Shown in pieces: positions 12,961 through 27,048 of a stretch of DNA of 64,000 nt (the first letter of the stretch is position 1; the number at the start of each line of letters is the position of its first letter). Both the position numbers and the translations under genes were made by a program. Below the pieces are notes generated by a model. It worked only from the letters and a program-made list of their open reading frames with translations. It made no database searches and was not told the DNA's origin. The stretch comes from Octopus bimaculoides (lineage: Eukaryota), in NCBI RefSeq assembly GCF_001194135.2, contig NC_068983.1, positions 167,110,678 to 167,174,677 of the forward strand, written 5' to 3'.

Positions 12961-13699
12961 AACACATCGAGAGTAAATGGCACATAATTTTTGCTGCAGA
13001 TGGAAATAAAAGAGTGTAGTGATGATGGTGGTGGTGGTGGTGGTGGCAGTAATGGTGTGTGTGTGTGTGTGTTAAGGTTGTGGTGGTGTAATCTACATTA
13101 TCCTCATTAACCTCATTAAAATCATAATAATTTTACTCTCATCATCACAAACCACCATCAGCATCATCACACCATTTTGGAAACATTACTTCCAAACAAC
13201 AACAAACACCATTTTGTAGAATCTTCATCATCCACTGCCTCACCACCACCACCACCACCACCACTACCACCACCACCACCACCACACACTCCCCCACCAA
13301 ATTCTATCTTTTAAAACAGATACTACGGTTGGTCACAGTTTTCCCAAGAAGAATAGCAAATTGTTGCGTTGTCAGCTTTTACAGATTGGATTAGAAGAGA
13401 AAGTAAATATCTCTCTGCTTATTGACACAGAAATCTGTCAATAATCCAATAATCCAATCAAAGATATATTTGCTGTTTGTCTTTTACTGCTACTTCATTT
13501 CCACCTTCACACACACATTTGCTAAATTAGTTGGCACTAACAATGGTAAAAAGCAATTCTGTTAAACAACAACAACAAGCTTGGTTAAATATCCTTTTAT
13601 TGGAATTTGAAGAAAACAGCTGAAATTTGCTAATTTTTTTGAAGTTCTCCAAAAGTTATTTTTCTGGAGCAGAATTGCTGTGGCGTTTGTTACATACTC

Positions 13700-13739
<40 letters not shown>

Positions 13740-14106
13740 CACACACACACACACACACGTATGCACGTGCACACACAAGTACTCACAGATGTGCACACTC
13801 ACACATATTCACTCACTCATGTACACACACTCACCCACATGTGCACACACACCTACATACACTCACACTGACACATGCACAAACATGCACTCTCACCCAC
13901 CCGCACATACACTAAACAACACCTCCTTCACCAACATATTGCTTACAGCCAATAACCCTAACCCTTGTGCCTCGTCCCCGCTCCATCTGTGCCATTTCCC
14001 CAATGGAATCATTCTTGTGTAAATAAACAGATTTACATAACAAAACAGATTAGCATAATAAATGGTGTGATGTAAATGCGTAATAAACAAGTCGTATCGA
14101 TATATA

Positions 14107-14825
14107 TGGTGTGGCACAGGTGCAGACATAGCCATGGGGTCAGTTAACAAGCTTGGGTTCAATCCCATTGCACAACACCTTTGTGTGTCTTCTGCCATAG
14201 CCTCAGGTCAAGTGGATGTGATAGACAGAAACTGTAAGAAGCTTGTTGTTTGTTTCTATTTGTCGAAAGCGTACAACTTGGTGGTGATGCTATTCAGCTC
14301 AGGTTTGTATGGTTGTGACCACAATACCCAGGCTACGTGCTGTGTCCTTCAGCAACACACTTCATTTTATGTTGCTCCAGTTTATTCAGTTGGCCAAAAT
14401 GAGTTGTACCTGTATTTCAAAGGGCCAGCTTTGTTATGTTCTGTTCTCCCTGTGAACTACATTAAGGGTACTCATGCTTACCCACTTTCACCCTAATTTC
14501 ATAAGCAGTCTGTTCCATTGATTGGATCAGCCGGAACCCTCATCGTTGAACCTTCATCACTAATTTCACGAGCTGGATGTATCAATTGGATCCCTCATCA
14601 TTGTCTTCATATCTTGAGGTGATTGTAAACGAGTCTCCCTGTCATACAAGCAATATTATTCATTTCCTATCTTCCATGTACACCATGTCTAGTTTGTGCA
14701 AAAATATTATCTTGTTTGGAAACAGGTGAAGGTTGGTGACAGAAAGAGCATTCAGCCATAGAAAATCTGCCACAATAAATTCTGTCTGACTAATGTATGC
14801 ATAAAAATGTGGACATTAAACAATG
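14107..14825 (+). mobile_element. Cluster of three decayed SINE/retroposon copies of different families
   Basis: SINE head ~14107-14265; second tRNA-type SINE ~14280-14555, homologous to 45500-45714; GGAAACAGGTGAAGGTTGG stub ~14680-14825. Confidence 0.6.
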
Positions 14826-15849
14826 GTCGTCTTTCTGTTCCTAATAAAAGAGCTTCTTCTGGGCAAGGTGGGGTTCATAAGAGAATCGAAGTTGTGATGT
14901 GCCAGTTGTTGATTACAGGCTTATGTTAAGGTGAGTTTGGAATCTAAGCAATCTTTAATGCAAATATAATTACTAATTGATTATTTAATTATAACAAGGC
15001 AACAGCAATATATTTAAGTAATAAAAATTAAACTGATTACTCTTAGTGATTTGAATGTTAGAAAACCCCCACAGTGGAGTTAAATGTGGTCATTAAGAAT
15101 ATATAAGGTTCAGTTAACATTAATGTAGGATTAAGCAAACAAGGGAGGTAACTTCCAGCATTTCTGTTTCAATAGGCCTCATCAGAGGAAACATGAATTT
15201 GTTGGCATTGCAGAAAATAAACTGTTGTATATAAGAGTTATAAAGCAACAACATGGAGTCATCGAAGGGAAAATGAGATTGATTAATTATCTAATTATAA
15301 GTGGGGTGGATAATCATGTTTTTAAATAAGAAAAAGGGTGAAATAAAAAATTTCCAGTGTTTTACGTAGAGTAAAATACAGCAGTAAAGGAAACTAACCT
15401 AATGGGATATTATAGTTATTAATATTGGTCCCGAATGTTGGCAGAAGACTAGCAATTTCAGGGGAGGGGGTTAAGGTGATTACATCAACGCCAGTACTCA
15501 ACTGGTGCTTACTTTATCAACCCCAAAAGAATGACAGGCAAAGTCAACCTTGGCAGTATTTGAACTCAGAATGTAAAGACAGATGAAAGCATTTCGCCTC
15601 TCATGCAAAGCATGCTAACTATTCTGTCTGTTCACTGCCTAATTATGGCAATTATCTCTGATCGGAAAGTGTCTGGACTTTTATTATAATTTCCTTATTA
15701 GGGGACAGTTGCACAATGCTTTTGAATGAAACCTTTTCTGGAATCCAGGACCTTGAGCTTCATGGACGAAATAACAGTCCTAACATGGCTGGCAATATGC
15801 ATTCCTTCAGAAGACTTGCTTATGTTAGTGGAACTGAGTTATATTAGAG

Positions 15850-15933
<84 letters not shown>

Positions 15934-16424
15934 ACAACTGGGATATTTGGTCAATTTCTTTCCCCTTCAACTCACCCGCACCTCACTCCCCATCACCTCC
16001 CTCACTAAAGCTCTTACTTTATATCCTTTTCCTAACAACTCATAATCACTTCATTATTCGTTCTCCATCCATTAACACTGTTCCCTCCAACCACACCTTC
16101 ATTGATCACTCCCACCTGCCCCACTCTGCCACCAAATTGTCTCTCTTCTCCCCCTCTTCATACTCTCTGCCTGCCCCTCTCTCTCTCTTCCCCATGCATT
16201 CCTGCAACTCACCCCACAACACACCAGCCTCTCTCCTTCATTCTTCTCTTTTGCATCATTTCCCTTTCACTGCTCCATTTTATCAGGGCTCAGTTTTGCT
16301 TTTATCCTTTCAGGGTTGACCAAATAAGTACCAGTCAAGTACTGAGATCAATACAATCAAATTGCACCCCCCTCCCCATTCGAAATTGCTGGCCTCGAGC
16401 CTTTATTATTATCATTATTATCAT

Positions 16425-16517
16425 CCAGTAGTTTTATTTTTATAACGTGCTTTCACTTCACTACCGAGCGCAGCTCTGTGTGCCTTGGGTATGTGCTGTG
16501 GTTTGCTGTGGTGCTCT
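16425..16517 (-). mobile_element. ~90-bp 3'-terminal stub of the same R4/Dong family as 1332-1645
   Basis: AGAGCACCACAGCAAACCACAGCACATACCC..AGTGAAAGCAC..AAAATAAAACTACTG matches the 3' UTR at 1332-1405; (TTA)n on both sides. Confidence 0.8.
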
Positions 16518-16680
16518 TTATTATTATTATTATTATTATTATTGTTATTATTGTTATTATTATTGAGTTTGTCCAGTATTGTCTCCAAGGTATTTTGCAA
16601 ACTGTTAGTGATGAATGCCCTGTCATTGATACCCTTGAGGCTAATAAAAGAAATGTTATAATGATAATAATAATAACAAC

Positions 16681-16736
<56 letters not shown>

Positions 16737-16738
16737 TA

Positions 16739-16785
<47 letters not shown>

Positions 16786-17634
16786 ATGTATTTGTAATTC
16801 ATGTGTATAGAGTGAAATTTCAGTAATCACAATTTGTCAGCCAATTATATTGGAAAGAAAACAAACTCCAAATTCTTGCAACTTCATAAAATTCTGGTAA
16901 AATGCATTTTTTTTTGTTTTTTTTTTAAGTAAAATCTCGTCTGTTGCAGTTTGCAGCTGTCAACAGCAGGGGTGACATATAATTGACTTGTACAGTAAAA
17001 TCAATTAAGTTGTCTCCTGCCTCAGCTCATGGAGTCCCAGGGGCTGAGATAGAACATACTAAAAGATATATAAAACCATTAGTATTTGACATGGGTATCA
17101 TATTGTAGGAGGCGTGGGCCCTTGGATTGTGGTGGGGGGTATGATTCAAATATTGGCTTTGGGTTGCTTGGATACCTGCTTGCAAATGTTTCGTTTAATT
17201 TCGATCGTTTATGTTTATGGCAAATGAAGAATTGTGCCAACTTCCAGAACTTTGTCTACAATAAAATTATTAGTTATTTTGTCCTGTTGCTTGAAGGGAC
17301 CAAAGAACTAACCAATCACTCCACTGTATCTTTGAAGAGGTGCAAGACGCTATCTATGGATGCAGCTACAGCCCAACTCACTGTTACTACTACTGCTGCT
17401 GCTGCTGCTGCTGTTACTACTACAACCACCATCACCTCCAGTATCATCATCAACTGCCATTATATGCCCATTATGGTGTCATAACGAAAAACTCTTTGTT
17501 AAATATCAAAATTCCTATAAAACAGGGTTAGGTAGTAAAAGTATTGGACTCATAACTAACATTGGTGCTTCTTGATAGTTTTTGGTTTCTTTTTTTGACT
17601 TCATGGAGATCAAATATAAATTTACTGGTGCACA

Positions 17635-18070
17635 CACATAATTGTGCGGTTAAGAAGTTAGCTTCCCAACCACATGGTTCTGGACTCAGCCCCACTGCAT
17701 TGCACCCTGGACAAGTGTCTTCTACTGTAGTTCCAGGCTGAGTAAAAGCTTTGAGAGTAGATTTGGTAGATGGAAACTAAATGAAGCTCATCATATGTGT
17801 GTGTGAGTGTGTGGTGAATGTGTGTGTTTGTGTCTTCTTCTTTTCACATTGCATGACGATTGCAAACGAGTGCTATTGTCATACGAGCAGTATTCTTCAT
17901 TTCCAATTTGCCATGTAAACCATTTTTTACCATGGGGAAACATTACCATGCTTAGAAACATGAAAGAGTTGGTGACTGGAAAAGTATCCAGCCATAGAAA
18001 AATTTTCCTCAACAATTTCATCTCACCTATGTAAGCACAAAAAAGTGGATGTTAAATCGACGACAATAAT
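17635..18070 (+). mobile_element. SINE head followed by (GT)n linker and GGAAA..CATCCAGCCATAGAAAA stub
   Basis: Homologous to 43416-43590 and 290-450. Confidence 0.7.
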
Positions 18071-18579
18071 GGTAGAATTAGAAGAATAAAGAAAAGGAAA
18101 AGGAAGGCAGACTGAATATGTTTGGAAGACAGACGTTTCCATACATCTTCCATATGTCACTAATTGGTTGACTTATATAATAAACTTGAAATTTCATAAC
18201 AACTCTTCCATTATTTTAACTTCCGGGATGAAACATTTCATAATTAATTCTAAACTTCCACCACAATTCCCACTCTTAGTCGCCTTGCTGACACAAGCCA
18301 ATGTTCTTTCCTCTTTTTTATTACCATTCTTCTCGTTTGTATGATCATTTTTCTTGTTTATGTTATCGTTACTCGACACAGAGCTTGCCAAAAATAAGAT
18401 TTCAATGGTGCAGGAAGCGTTTGCCATATTGTTGCCTAAATAAACACCTTAGCAGATTCTCCCAAAATGAAAACAACTGAAGCAGGCGGGAAAAATAAGA
18501 TGACGACATTGGAAGAAAATCAATTAGTTTCTCTGAATGGTTACATCCGTTCGGCTGTGTAGGTGATACTGTTTAGCCA

Positions 18580-18614
<35 letters not shown>

Positions 18615-19814
18615 TGGTGGTGGTAGGGTGGTAGAAGAGAAAGGAGAAGCTGGTGTCTGATATTGCGTAAATTAGAGAAAAGTAGATCGTCTTTCTGGGG
18701 GTAAAGGAGAGGTTCCTCTTTCAGAACAATGGTGTTGACATTAAAAACAATCAATAGGAAAGTCACCAAAGAATTATTTAGAAAAGAATATGAAAAAATA
18801 TAAAATGGAAGAAAGGAAAAATTGTTTTCCCTCTCTGTTTGGAAGCTCAAACCTTCTTCTTCTTCTTCTTCTTCTTCTTCTTCTTCNNNNNNNNNNTCTT
18901 CTCCTCCTCCTCCTCCTCCTCCTCCCCCTCCTTCTTCCACCCCCACCCCGAAGTTGAGAGCCTCTATATGGTCGTTTGATCTGCTAGACATAGCAGCCAG
19001 ATTTCTGTCAAATCACATCCACACCAAGATACAGATAGGTCAATCTTAGTATATTCCTTGACGTGGCATGAGCGACCCACCAGGGGCAATTGCCCTGGGC
19101 ACACCATTTGAAAAGAATAAAAATTAAGCTCTCTTGTAGTAAGGCAGTGAACTGCAGAACCATTCGTGTCTTGGACAAAATGCTTTGTGGCATTTCTTCC
19201 AACTTTTTACATTTTGATTTCAAATCCTGCCAAGGTTGACTTTGCTTTTCGTTCCTCTGGGGGCAACAAAATAAAGAACCAGTTAAGAACTGGGATCAAT
19301 GTCTTCATGTTTATTTCTACCTCTCAAAATTGCTGGCCTGGTGCCAAAGTTAGAAAGCAATTATTTCTGGCAATCTATTTCTTAAAAGAAACTGTAAAGT
19401 TTTATAACTGTTCCAGAAACGTAAGGAAGAGATTCAAATCAGAGATCAAAACACAACCACTTCTCAAGGCCAGCTTCCTATGCATTTATCTCATTCTCAA
19501 TGATTCTAGTCTCTTTGCTTACAGATATTTATAGATCCTGTTTAAAACACCCAGCCAAGGGTATAACTTTGTTTGCTATTTTCCAACTGTAATCTAAAAA
19601 TAACTAAAACCAATCACCGACCAAACAATCATCTGACATAGAAACTCTTTGAACAGTTGGAAACTAGTGATGCTTAGAAAGGTCACCATTTTGTATTATT
19701 TCCATGGCTTCTTCTTCTTCTCTCATGTGGGTAGTCATGTGGTCCCTCTCTAGTAAGAAACCTTTCTCTGCTCTGACCTCTTTTCTCATAGAATGAACCC
19801 ATTTTTCTCAGGGT

Positions 19815-20025
19815 TCATAGATACATAACCTCACTTGCACTGGTGCCATGAAAAAAGCTTCCAAAACATGATGTAGAATTGTTGGTGTTAGGAAGAGCAT
19901 CCAGCCATGGAAACCTATCCAAAGTATATGATGGAACACAATACTCTCCATGGACCTGTTGGATCCTGTCAAACCATCCAACAAATGCCAGCATGGAATA
20001 ACGATTTTCAACGATGATGGTAACA
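19815..20025 (+). mobile_element. RTE 3'-UTR stub
   Basis: GTTAGGAAGAGCATCCAGCCATGGAAAC..AAATGCCAGCATGGAA..(GAT)n. Confidence 0.7.
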
Positions 20026-20814
20026 TTTTCCTCACTGAAGTCTTTCTTAATCACTATTGCAAAAATATAAAAACCTGAAAAAGATACTTCACTTATGCAG
20101 CTATTTGTAAGAGGAAATAAATGGTCCACTGACAAAGAATGGGAAGTTTAAAGTAAACAGCACTTGTGCATAAAGTTAAACATTACTAAATAATGATGTT
20201 GGCAGTCTTCCAAAAAGAAAAAAAAAAGAAAAATGGCAGACGAACTTAACAAGAAATAAACAAATAAAACAGATGGATTAGTTATCTCCCTTCATTACCG
20301 AGACGCCATTACAGTTAAAGCTATTAAAGTTAATTGCATTCAAACTTCTAATGAACTGTCTTTTAATGTTGACATGCACTTGAGAATAGATTAGTTATTA
20401 TCTTGTAAATTAACCAAATAGACTGACTTGCATTTAATCATAAATTTTATTGCAGACCTCCTGCTGTTGTCTAGTCTAAAAACAAAACATGATATGCATT
20501 TCCATGCTGCAAGCCTGAGATTTTTATGGAGAGACCAAGAGGTATTTATATGTTGAAAATATCTCTCTTGTATCTCACTGATATGTTACAGAACAGAGCA
20601 CAGAGCAATTTATGGGTATCAACTCTTGTGATTTCAAAAATTGACTGTTAAGAGTTGTATCCACAGCATTCTTTAAACCCAAGACGATTAGAATAAAACA
20701 ATAAAGCAAATGTGTTTGTGTTGTTACTGGAGTTCCTTTTAAAAGGAATACATCTTTGAAATCAATCAACCTACATTGGCTGTCTAGAAAGCATACACAC
20801 ACACACATATATTT

Positions 20815-21358
20815 ATCATCATCATCATCCTCATCATCCTTTAACATCTGTTTCCCATGTTGGCATGGGTCAGAAGGTTTGACCAGAGCTGGCAAGCCAG
20901 AGAGCTAGATCAGGTTCTAATCTGATTTGGCTTGGTTTCTACGGCTGGATGCCTTTCCTAATTTCCTGACACCAACCACTTTACAGTGTGTGTTGGGTGC
21001 TTTTAAGATGGCTCCACAAAAAATGTTTTTACATGGTGCTGGCACAAGTGCTCCTAATGTGGCACCAGCACAGGGCTCTTGCAGGTTGATCCTCTTTATG
21101 AGAGGGAACAGCCTTAACACTTCTGCTGTGGAGGACAGGTTTTCTTGAGTACAGCAAGGCATCAAGGTGTCTTGGTCTTTCTCATCCTCTCCAAAAGGTT
21201 CAGTATCCTGAGGTCATCCTTCAGTATTTTGTCCCATGTCTTTCTGGGTCTACCTCTTCCACAAATTCCATCCACATTAACACTTTGTTATGCAACTGTC
21301 CATATCCATCCTCATCATATAACAACACTAACATTGCACACCCAGCATACCAGCTCCT
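20815..21358 (-). mobile_element. RTE 3' fragment (C-terminal coding end plus 3' UTR)
   Basis: Minus strand TGTGGAAGAGGTAGACCCAGAAAGACATGGGAC (CGRGRPRKTW) followed by the 3'-UTR block and a (GAT)n tail. Confidence 0.8.
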
Positions 21359-22249
21359 GGTTTTATGATATAAAATTTCTCTTTTAAAATGATCTACATT
21401 AAAATCTTCCATCAAAATTTCTTGCTAACTTATTTTCCAAACCCCAGGTTAATAAAGACACAGTTATTTTAATAAATTCTTCAGAATCTTTAGAATAAAC
21501 TGAAATAAAGATTGTGTATTTCAAGTGAAACATGATAATGAAAGCAACAAGCTTTTGACGAAGGGGCTCTTGATAATGTTTCTCATTTGGTGTTGCAAAT
21601 GTTGATCAAAAGCAGACAATTCGATTCCTGGAAGATCTGGTCATCAGAGTCAACAGATGATGGGTCGGATGGTGTTAATTTGTTTGTTAAGTACCTGGCA
21701 TCTGGCTGTTTGTATTAAATACAGTTGGCTCCATCGTGGTGTTCAGATGTTGGATTCATGCATTGTATGGCAGCATCTGTTTGGTCTTGCTCTCTTGGTC
21801 CACCAGGAATATAACATTTCATCACTTCTGTATGACTTGGTTTTTGAATCACTACTGTAGAAGTTGGAGATGGGTCTGAATCAGAAACCATTATTACCAT
21901 GGTCTAGTTAATTGATTAATTGATGAGGATGATGTTGATGATAATGATGTTGATGATGACGACGATGATGATGATGATGATGAGGAGGAGGAGGAGGAGG
22001 ATGACGACGATTCTGTAACAAGCCCCAGCAATACAATGCAATGGTTGCAGGAGGTTGTACATTCTTAGAAGCCACATGTGGAAACAGATTTTGGTAAGTT
22101 CTCCCTTTCATCCAGCTCTTCTATGTTTCAACAGAACCTGGTATGTTAACTAATTAATTGTTATTCTAGTTTCAATAGCAAATTAAAATTAATTAGATAA
22201 GCTAGTTGGCACCAATACCTGAAATCTAAAAGCAGCACTGGAACACAAT

Positions 22250-22319
<70 letters not shown>

Positions 22320-23195
22320 NNNNNNNNNNNNNNNNNNNNNNNNNNNNNNNNNNNNNNNNNNNNNNNNNNNNNNNNNNNNNNNNNNNNNNNNNNNNNNNNN
22401 NNNNNNNNNNNNNNNNNNNNNNNNNNNNNNNNNNNNNNNNNNNNNNNNNNNNNNNNNNNNNNNNNNNNNNNNNNNNNNNNNNNNNNNNNNNNNNNNNNNN
22501 NNNNNNNNNNNNNNNNNNNNNNNNNNNNNNNNNNNNNNNNNNNNNNNNNNNNNNNNNNNNNNNNNNNNNNNNNNNNNNNNNNNNNNNNNNNNNNNNNNNN
22601 NNNNNNNNNNNNNNNNNNNNNNNNNNNNNNNNNNNNNNNNNNNNNNNNNNNNNNNNNNNNNNNNNNNNNNNNNNNNNNNNNNNNNNNNNNNNNNNNNNNN
22701 NNNNNNNNNNNNNNNNNNNNNNNNNNNNNNNNNNNNNNNNNNNNNNNNNNNNNNNNNNNNNNNNNNNNNNNNNNNNNNNNNNNNNNNNNNNNNNNNNNNN
22801 NNNNNNNNNNNNNNNNNNNNNNNNNNNNNNNNNNNNNNNNNNNNNNNNNNNNNNNNNNNNNNNNNNNNNNNNNNNNNNNNNNNNNNNNNNNNNNNNNNNN
22901 NNNNNNNNNNNNNNNNNNNNNNNNNNNNNNNNNNNNNNNNNNNNNNNNNNNNNNNNNNNNNNNNNNNNNNNNNNNNNNNNNNNNNNNNNNNNNNNNNNNN
23001 NNNNNNNNNNNNNNNNNNNNNNNNNNNNNNNNNNNNNNNNNNNNNNNNNNNNNNNNNNNNNNNNNNNNNNNNNNNNNNNNNNNNNNNNNNNNNNNNNNNN
23101 NNNNNNNNNNNNNNNNNNNNNNNNNNNNNNNNNNNNNNNNNNNNNNNNNNNNNNNNNNNNNNNNNNNNNNNNNNNNNNNNNNNNNNNNNNNNNNN
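22320..23195. other. Assembly gap (N run)
   Basis: 876 N. Other gaps: 2070-2079, 18887-18896, 24381-24390, 40283-40429, 50431-50811, 51675-51684, 52318-52440, 58157-58417. Confidence 0.98.
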
Positions 23196-23214
23196 CCTCC
23201 TTCTCACCATCACC

Positions 23215-23490
23215 ATCATCATTATTTAACGTCCATCTTACATGCAGGCATGGGTGGGAGGGTTTGACAGGAGCTTGGAAGCTGGAGAGCTACACCATGT
23301 CCATTTGTCTATTTTGGTTTGGTTTCTACATCTGGATATCCTTCCTAATACCAACCACTTTACAGGGTGCATTGTGTGCATTTTACATGGTACCATTTCT
23401 AGTGCTTTTCATGTGGTACCAGCACTGTGGCACCAACATGTGGAACCAGCATGGGTGCTTTTTACATGGCACTGGCAACTATGAGGTCAC
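23215..23490 (-). mobile_element. RTE 3'-UTR stub with decayed GGTGCTTTTTACATGGCAC units
   Basis: Same family as 37590-38000. Confidence 0.7.
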
Positions 23491-23769
23491 AAATTAGCTG
23501 AGAGAGGTAGTGGAACCAATAGTTTAGAGTATGGTGTAAAAGACACATCTTGGAGACTGAACCTCTGACTTCATGATTGCAAAGTGAAGTGTTTAACCTT
23601 TCAGCCATGAAGCAGCGTCAAACAAAAAGATGCTTCCATCTCCTAGATTTCTCAATGGGTCACCTAAGAATTAATTTGGTTCTGTGTTGCTTAACTTTGC
23701 TCATTGGAGAAGAAGCGATATTTTCTTTTTCATTGGAATAATGTCTGGAAACCTTCTTGTATATAACAG

Positions 23770-23945
23770 GTATAGATGTGGCTGTGTGGTTGAGAAACTT
23801 GCTTCACAACCATTTCAGTTTGGGTTCAGTCTCAGTGCACAGCACCTTGGGCAAGTATCTTCCACTATAGCCCCAGGACAAAGCCTTGTGAATAGATTTA
23901 GTTGACAGAGTCTGAAACCTGAAAGAAGTCCATCATAACCCATGG
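23770..23945 (+). mobile_element. tRNA-derived SINE head
   Basis: GTGGCTGTGTGGTTGAGAAACTTGCTTC..CACCTTGGGCAAGTATCTTCCACTATAGCC, homologous to 43416. Confidence 0.75.
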
Positions 23946-24144
23946 AATTCTGACCGAAATATACTTCCCTCAGTTCACTTTGAGGATGACCAATGGGATG
24001 GACCCTAATGAAGCTGTACCAGTAATAATGCAAGGTTGCATTTACAACTGTGAGGAGTTGGTGCAGTGGAAACATGTGGTGGAGGTCATTATAATATGTT
24101 GTATGAAATTACAAAATAAATTTTGTGGATGAACAAGCCTCACT

Positions 24145-24198
<54 letters not shown>

Positions 24199-24337
24199 TA
24201 TTATTGTTGTTGTTGTTGTTGTTGTTGTTAATAATAATAATTATATGTACCCATGCCAACATGGAAAATGGATGTTAAATGATGATAATGACGCATGTAT
24301 GTGTGTGTGTGTGTGTGTGCTTGTGTGTGCACAAATG

Positions 24338-24378
<41 letters not shown>

Positions 24379-24390
24379 ACNNNNNNNNNN

Positions 24391-24428
<38 letters not shown>

Positions 24429-24939
24429 ACACGCGTGAATGTGTGTATCCTTGCTTTGATGTTGCATGCTGTAAATGAGCTTCACTGTTATACAAGTGGT
24501 CTCATTTGTTTCCAGCCTTCTGTGATAAACATGTCCAGTCAAAGGGAAAATGTTACCTTGCTTGGAAACAGGTGAAGGTTGGCAACAGGAAAGGCATCTG
24601 GCCAGAGGAAATTTGCCCAAACAAATTCCATCCGACCCATGCAAGTATGGAAAAGTGGACATTAGATGATGATGATGATGATGATGAAGAATATATTCAG
24701 AACAGTGCTAGGCTGGTTCTTAAGCAACATAAACATACCAAAGGCGGTGTGCTCACTCACTTGACAAAATCTTATCAGCATTTGCAACTTAATGATATCC
24801 AGAAAGAAATTTAGTTTCTTTTCTCTTTTCTTTTATGGCTAAACTTTGATGGAAAATCTAGCTTTACAGATAACAGAGGAGAACAGCACTTTCATACTGC
24901 AACTGTGCAAAATAATTAACCCACATGTTACTCTATGCA

Positions 24940-24941
24940 CA

Positions 24942-25013
<72 letters not shown>

Positions 25014-25014
25014 C

Positions 25015-25074
<60 letters not shown>

Positions 25075-25135
25075 GCCTATCTATCTATCTGCCTATCTAT
25101 CTATCTGTCTGTCTGTCTGTCTGTGTCTATCTATC

Positions 25136-25191
<56 letters not shown>

Positions 25192-25308
25192 ATACCTTTA
25201 TATACAAGTTTGAGGAAATATCTATGTATATATGTGTAAATATATATATGCATACAACTATACACACACACACGCACGCATGCACACATGTACATGCACG
25301 CACGCACA

Positions 25309-25370
<62 letters not shown>
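24940..25370. repeat. Compound microsatellite (GT)n(AT)n(AC)n(CTAT)n(CA)n
   Basis: Seen directly. It accounts for the repetitive ORFs at 24846-25466 and is representative of dozens of such tracts in the window. Confidence 0.95.
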
Positions 25371-25371
<1 letters not shown>

Positions 25372-25644
25372 GCACAAGGAGAAAGGAAAGCAGAGCTATC
25401 GAATGTCAATCAAGATTTAATTCTGCTGTTTTGGGTTTATTTTTATTAACTTTATGTATTCTTTAGAATCTGGTTTTCTTTTACATTTTAAATTGATGAA
25501 ATGAAACAAATTTATCATCATCATCATCATCCTCATCATCATTATCACCATCATAGGTGCATCTTATGCAGCACCAGCCCCCACAATCCCACAAGATTAC
25601 GACGCTTCAGCTGAAGTGAGATGTAGGGGGGGGGGGGCTCATAC

Positions 25645-25830
25645 CTGTATGCAAGGACGACCATGATCTTCCTTAGCACAGGAAACTAGCAGAAGTCTTG
25701 GTTCCTTGTCATCTCCTCTGTGAGGCCCCAACATCTGAAGATCCTTTTGCATGACTTCATCCCATGTCTTCCTAGGACTACCCCTTCCACATGTTCTCTC
25801 CATAGAGATTGGTACTTCTTGATGCTGCTT
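25645..25830 (-). mobile_element. RTE C-terminal fragment
   Basis: MERTCGRGSPRKTWDEVMQKDL, homologous to 37235-37432. Confidence 0.75.
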
Positions 25831-25909
25831 TCCTTTCAATGTGCCAACTCTGAGGAAGTGAAAGGAGAGGTGGGAGGGAACATGGAGAAGGGAGATTATA
25901 ATTCTTCTT

Positions 25910-26007
<98 letters not shown>

Positions 26008-26113
26008 GTATAAACTTCTTTAGAAGTGGTGAAGGGTATTTTTAACTCGTTAAATTCCTCAGTAGACGCACTTTTGGTTAATATACACATAAACGCACAT
26101 ACATACACTCATA

Positions 26114-26153
<40 letters not shown>

Positions 26154-26651
26154 CAAGCATTCATACACATGCATACAAACATACATATGTACATACATAC
26201 ACATCTGTCCATCCATACATACATATACATCTATCCATACTTATGCACACATGCTCACAAATTCACACATGCACCCCCACACACTCACACACACACACAC
26301 ACGTACACACATGCGACCCCCCCCCATCTATGCTGAAAACTGTGGAATCGGATCCTTCCCCAGGGGGTTACATGTAGGTTTAATATCTTCTTATTAAGAG
26401 TATTTCAAGCTTATGTTTCTGCTGTTTTTCTCCTTTAGTCATTTCACTGTTTGTTTTAATCTTATTACGCTCATTACTCACAGCAATAATTGAATTTCTT
26501 TGACGGCGGGGTCAGTACGGCATTCAGCAGAGTGAGTGTTTGGCCTGGAATATATTTCTGTTTGCTTCTCCATCCTGCCAGAAACAAAGTATCACCAATC
26601 TGTAAAAGCTGCAAGCATGGAAGCGGATTTGGTTGGCTTTTTACCACTCTG

Positions 26652-26852
26652 TCTTTTATCTTTTACTTGTTTCAGTCATTAAACTGTGGCCATGCTGGGG
26701 CACCACCTTGAAGAATTTTTTAGTTGAGTGACTTCACTGCAGTACTTTTTTTTTAAAGCCTGCCACTAATTTTATCAGTGTCTTTTGCTGAACTGCCAAG
26801 TTACAGAGACGTAAACACACCAACACTGGTTTTCAAGCAGTGATGGGGAACA

Positions 26853-26891
<39 letters not shown>

Positions 26892-27048
26892 TGGGATTCT
26901 TTCAGTTTCTGTCGACCAAATTGATTCACAAGGCTTTAGTTGGCCCTTGATACAGAAGACACTTGTCTGAGGTGTCACACAGTGGAATTGAACTCAAAAC
27001 CATGTGGTTGGGAAGCAAACTTCTTAACCACATAGCCATACTTGAGCC
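26652..27048 (-). mobile_element. Full-length tRNA-derived SINE with internal (TG)n linker
   Basis: Colinear reverse complement of 43416-43825. Confidence 0.85.

Noticed and set aside
22161-23222. 353-aa ORF and the other X-rich ORFs (40100-40646, 50316-50897, 52179-52484, 58040-58480)
   Set aside because: Open only because of N runs.
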